Positions 60,116-64,000 of a stretch of 64,000 nucleotides of DNA are shown piece by piece. A program made the position numbers and the translations under genes. Position 1 is the stretch's first letter. Every line of letters begins with the position of its first letter. The notes under the pieces are model-generated. The model saw only the letters and a list, made by a program, of their open reading frames with translations. It was not told the DNA's origin and did no database searches. This DNA comes from Promethearchaeota archaeon (lineage in GTDB: Archaea > Asgardarchaeota > Lokiarchaeia > Sigyniarchaeales > SOKP01): the NCBI GenBank assembly GCA_016839765.1, contig JAEOTP010000043.1, positions 4,345-68,344 on the forward strand. The letters run 5' to 3'.

Positions 60116-60781
60116 TTATTCTAAAAGTGAATAAATCTTTTTCAGAGTTATTTCTCCTATACTATTTAGAACTAGTCCCTTTCCCTCCTTTAGTTCCTTT
60201 AATTGATTAGCTGAATGATGTCCCGTCAATACACCAATAAAGGGACAATTGAGGTTATTAGACAATAGCACATCCTTAGGGTGATCTCCAATAACAATAA
60301 TGTTATATCCTGAGTATTTATCTTGTAAAATCGTTTTCAATTTTGGATCTAATTTTCCTAACTCCTTTCTTTCCTCAGTTTCTCCTAAAATATAGTTAAA
60401 AAATTTCTTAATCTTTAGTATTTCAAGAATTCTTTCTGCCAATTCCTGTTTTTTAGAGGTAATTATGCCCATAATAAAGTTATTTTTCTTAAGCTCCCTT
60501 AATTTCTTCTTTACACCTGGTAGAAGATGCGATTGATAAATTCCTTTAGAACCATAATATTCTCTAAAAGCAGATGATAATAGTGAGGGATCTAAGTTTG
60601 TTACCTTAGCAAACATTTCATTCAATGGTATTCCAATCATAATTTCTATTTTGGATCGTTCTATTTCTGAAAAATTAAATTTTCTTAAAGCATAATTAAA
60701 AGAATTGGTTATACCTTCCTTATTGTTAATGAGAGTATTGTCTAAATCAAAACTTAAAATAATTTTTTCTCTTTCAATCAT
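60116..60781 (-). CDS. HAD-superfamily hydrolase (phosphoglycolate phosphatase-like)
   Basis: FDLDNTL, GIITSK, IGDHPKDV, GVLTG. Confidence 0.85.
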   Translation of the reverse strand: MIEREKIILSFDLDNTLINNKEGITNSFNYALRKFNFSEIERSKIEIMIGIPLNEMFAKVTNLDPSLLSSAFREYYGSKGIYQSHLLPGVKKKLRELKKNNFIMGIITSKKQELAERILEILKIKKFFNYILGETEERKELGKLDPKLKTILQDKYSGYNIIVIGDHPKDVLLSNNLNCPFIGVLTGHHSANQLKELKEGKGLVLNSIGEITLKKIYSLLE

Positions 60782-60887
60782 AAAGATCTAAAGATCTCAG
60801 GTAGTATTTTTAATATTTAATAAAAAGTAAAAATTTAAAAAAAAGATATTTTAATAATTTCAATAAACCAACGTAATTACATTGTGT

Positions 60888-62117
60888 TTATGTCATATAT
60901 ATTGTTAATAGCGGGTCTCCAAATATTTTCATTCCATATACTTCTTCCCAATGATGAAGTGGGATAATTTCTGGTCCATAAAACCAATCTTTAAAGGCTT
61001 CTCCGAAAATTTTTCCATTTTTAAGAGAATCATAGAATGGTTGATAGAGACTCATTCCTCCTGATCTAGCACATCCTATTACATTTAGCGCTTGACCACT
61101 AAAAAGATAATGCGTGGCGATATTATTTTGTATCATCAGATTAGCTGAAAAGCAGGAATATAAATTAAAGAATAGAGGTTGCGGTGCAGCATTATAGATA
61201 TCATTATATGTTAATATACCATCATCAGCACTAGGAGAACCCCCTTGGTAAACGTTAATACCAAATTGTTGTTCAGTACCATTACAGTGAGCCATTACAT
61301 GTACTAGTTCATAATTCGTAAAATTTGGATGTGTAGTGTCTGATATATTTGAAAGGAAATTTGCTGCATTGGTAGCATCATTACTAAAATAATTATAGTC
61401 AGACTCACAGGTAAGATTAGTTAATGTATACGCTGTGAAATTACTAATCCATTCATCTCTATAACTTGCCCATTCATCATCGATATAAAGTAATGCTTTA
61501 TGAGAACGGTTTGTAAGACCAATCCTTAAATTATGATCTCGAGAAAAGAAATTACTTAATGAAGTAATAGGATTAAACCCAATCTTAGATATTGTATATG
61601 GACTAATACGAGCAACCCAGATTTCTGGAAGTGCATCTGCAGTGCCGTTATTATGTTCTACATTATTGTCTGCGGCTCCAACATCGTAAAAACTATTTCC
61701 ATTTACATCAGTCCAATTACCATCTAAATCCATCAAATAATAATCGCATGAGAAATTGCGATACATAGACCAGGCCGAGTCCCAATACCTTGCTTTTGCA
61801 AATGGAAGCTTTCCTATTAAAATCGCACCTGTTAACCCATTTGTATAAGCTGTAGTTATATTATTCTTAAGTTGGCTAACATCATTAATTGACCAATTAA
61901 TTACATCTGCATTATATCCTTGAGCTATAATATCTTGTTTATATTGATTGATTTCTACAGATAAACTAGAATAAATTGTGGAATTGACATAAATATTAAC
62001 TTTTAATCGAGTTTGACTTGGTTCTTCTTTAAAATATGGTAAGATAAGTGCTAAAGATATGGCAGTGCCAAATAAGATTATTGTGGTGAGTATAATGGCT
62101 TTAACATTTTTTCTCAT
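60888..62117 (-). CDS. Membrane-anchored/secreted peptidase C25 (gingipain)-like protein
   Basis: N-terminal signal/anchor, GAILIG, DYYLMDLDG, PEIWVARI, MAH, YSC, FGDP pattern of C25-like proteins. Confidence 0.6.
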   Translation of the reverse strand: MRKNVKAIILTTIILFGTAISLALILPYFKEEPSQTRLKVNIYVNSTIYSSLSVEINQYKQDIIAQGYNADVINWSINDVSQLKNNITTAYTNGLTGAILIGKLPFAKARYWDSAWSMYRNFSCDYYLMDLDGNWTDVNGNSFYDVGAADNNVEHNNGTADALPEIWVARISPYTISKIGFNPITSLSNFFSRDHNLRIGLTNRSHKALLYIDDEWASYRDEWISNFTAYTLTNLTCESDYNYFSNDATNAANFLSNISDTTHPNFTNYELVHVMAHCNGTEQQFGINVYQGGSPSADDGILTYNDIYNAAPQPLFFNLYSCFSANLMIQNNIATHYLFSGQALNVIGCARSGGMSLYQPFYDSLKNGKIFGEAFKDWFYGPEIIPLHHWEEVYGMKIFGDPLLTIYMT

Positions 62118-62249
62118 ATTTTAAACCCTTAATTATTTTTAGATTAAAAAATCTTAATCAAATCTAAAATTGATCTTTATAATTACATAAAGTTTGAAAT
62201 ATATATTTATATGGTTAAGTGATCTGTAGGTGTTAAATTTAGAATGTTG

Positions 62250-63857
62250 TTAGGTGGCAATTTTAAAACCTTTAAACAACCGTAACAAGTACATTATTTC
62301 TTCACTACCTTGAATGATTCTTTGTATTCCATATGGAAAGTCTTGGAATTCAACTTGTTTCCCTTGAGAAACCCATCCTATAATTAACTGTACCATTTCC
62401 TTATATTTTTTTACCGTATGCCCTTTGGATTCAATTTCTGAAATAATTTTTTGAGCTTTCTTTATTTTACCATTTAAAATTGAAGATATTGCTGCTAAAA
62501 CGTAAGATTGTACGATATGAGAATACCTTATTTTTTTTAGATTGGCTGCCTTGTAATAATATTTATAAAGATTATTAATCATTTCATTAAGTAAAAAATC
62601 TTTTGCTGTATCAAGTTGCTGGTAAAATTTAATGGATTCTAAAATGAGTGTAGCTGCTGTATAAAATTCTTTATTCTTTAATCCTTCTTTCGCAATTATA
62701 TATAATCCCCTAACTATTTGGTTAAAAATGCCAAATCTATTAAATTCTAATCGTCCTTCGATAGCAATGTCATAAGCATAAAGATAACTCTCAGTTGAAT
62801 CATTTACATTTTCTGTTTTCCAATAATCGTCACCAGCTTTAACATAATGCTTATAGGCCATTTCTAAATTATTTAGTTCTTTAAATGTTACCGCTGCATT
62901 GAAAAAATTTGTAGCTGCATCTTCATATTCTTCAATTTTTTCTAAGTAATTACCAGCTAATACAAAGCATGATGCTGATTCAATGAGATTATTATTAATT
63001 TCTTGATAACATAAAGCAGCTCCACGATAAAATCGTGCAATTTTTTGAAAATTTTCCTTACTTTTTTCTAAGTTTTCTGCAAGGTTTATATAGGCTCCAG
63101 CTTCCTTTTTTGAGTAATGAATAAATTGATCCTCATCTTCGATTGATTCATATAATTTCTTCAAGACTTGACAAATTTGAGCTATTATAAGATTATCATT
63201 TTCTCCTTCAATACTTTCATATAATCCATTAAAATACTCAACTGCTTCTTGAAGAATATTTTTAGATTTACCTATTTCATCCAATTCTTCATAGCAAAAA
63301 GAGATTTGTTGGTAAGAATATGATGATAAATCATAATACTGATATTCTTTTGATATATCTATAGCAGAATCATAATATTTTATAGCTCTCTTAAAGTCAT
63401 TAATTTTAAGATATAATTCAGCAATATTCTGATAATTTTGAGCAAACTTTCTAGTTTCATCAAACTCCTTTAAAAGCTTACTTTCTTGTTTAAGAAAATC
63501 TATACTATTAATTATGTTCTTTCTTTCTAATTTAGAATCACGCAATTTTTCTGCATATATATCTGCTATTCTTAAATAAATTTCCGCAATTTCATGCAAC
63601 CTTGCCTGTAATTTGTATGTAATTATTTGATTTTCCCATAGTTTAATTGAAAATTTATACAGTTTATTTGAATGATTGTTATTAAAATCTTCCAATAATT
63701 CAGCTGCGGTGTATAAAAATTCACCGGCTTCAAAGTAATCTCCAGATCCAACTATTTCATTAGCATACTCAATAGAATCTTCAATTAATTCTTGAATTTT
63801 TCTATCTCTCTCTTTTTGGACTTTTAAAGACTTGATACTTGTTACAAGCTCACTCAA
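62250..63857 (-). CDS. TPR / alpha-SNAP-like helical repeat protein
   Basis: Repeats such as AQNYQNIAELYLKINDFKRAIKYY and AATNFFNAAVTFKELNNLEMAYKHYVKAG; frame open 16 codons further upstream to ATC at 63905. Confidence 0.65.
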   Translation of the reverse strand: MSELVTSIKSLKVQKERDRKIQELIEDSIEYANEIVGSGDYFEAGEFLYTAAELLEDFNNNHSNKLYKFSIKLWENQIITYKLQARLHEIAEIYLRIADIYAEKLRDSKLERKNIINSIDFLKQESKLLKEFDETRKFAQNYQNIAELYLKINDFKRAIKYYDSAIDISKEYQYYDLSSYSYQQISFCYEELDEIGKSKNILQEAVEYFNGLYESIEGENDNLIIAQICQVLKKLYESIEDEDQFIHYSKKEAGAYINLAENLEKSKENFQKIARFYRGAALCYQEINNNLIESASCFVLAGNYLEKIEEYEDAATNFFNAAVTFKELNNLEMAYKHYVKAGDDYWKTENVNDSTESYLYAYDIAIEGRLEFNRFGIFNQIVRGLYIIAKEGLKNKEFYTAATLILESIKFYQQLDTAKDFLLNEMINNLYKYYYKAANLKKIRYSHIVQSYVLAAISSILNGKIKKAQKIISEIESKGHTVKKYKEMVQLIIGWVSQGKQVEFQDFPYGIQRIIQGSEEIMYLLRLFKGFKIAT

Positions 63858-64000
63858 CTTTTCTAAGTAATCTCCATAATCTATATAGCTATCTTCTCGG
63901 AGGATCTATAATCAACCCTTTAGTTTATGCCAAATTCTATGTATAAAAATTAATATACACATAAAAAATACATGGTTTTTTAGAAAAATTTTAAAAGACA

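Noticed and set aside
1-64000. Selenoprotein read-through, inteins, transposases, integrases, rRNA
   Set aside because: No in-frame TGA at a conserved Cys position, intein motifs, DDE/tyrosine recombinase ORFs or long GC-rich rRNA-like tracts were noticed by eye.

Overview
Strongly AT-rich archaeal chromosomal DNA. Gene content (Roadblock/longin-like proteins, many SCP2 proteins, eS26, a Wood-Ljungdahl CdhE, TPR/SNAP-like proteins) points to an Asgard archaeon, most likely Lokiarchaeia; this assignment is inferred. The window is mostly core genes: the eS19-PDCD5-eL39-eL31-aIF6-eL20-PfdA-FtsY-SecE cluster, Nep1/Rpp21/YhbY, dnaG, ahcY, arcS-raSEA, gar1-tfb, trmY-pgsA-eS26, a ChlH/CobN + ChlI/D chelatase pair, an ABC exporter and four tRNAs. 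Strongest unexpected signals: (1) dnaG is interrupted inside its conserved GAIFGQ|TEGLL motif by a 37-nt insert that folds as a bulge-helix-bulge-type motif whose predicted cuts restore the frame exactly, i.e. a candidate pre-mRNA intron; the window also holds three non-canonical tRNA introns. (2) A double Lrp/AsnC regulator carries an inserted half-TBP domain. (3) Two related hairpin elements have loops antisense to a Shine-Dalgarno plus start codon (candidate sRNAs). (4) eS26 and probably TFB appear to start at ATT. No CRISPR array, rRNA or transposase was seen. All family calls are by eye, without database searches.
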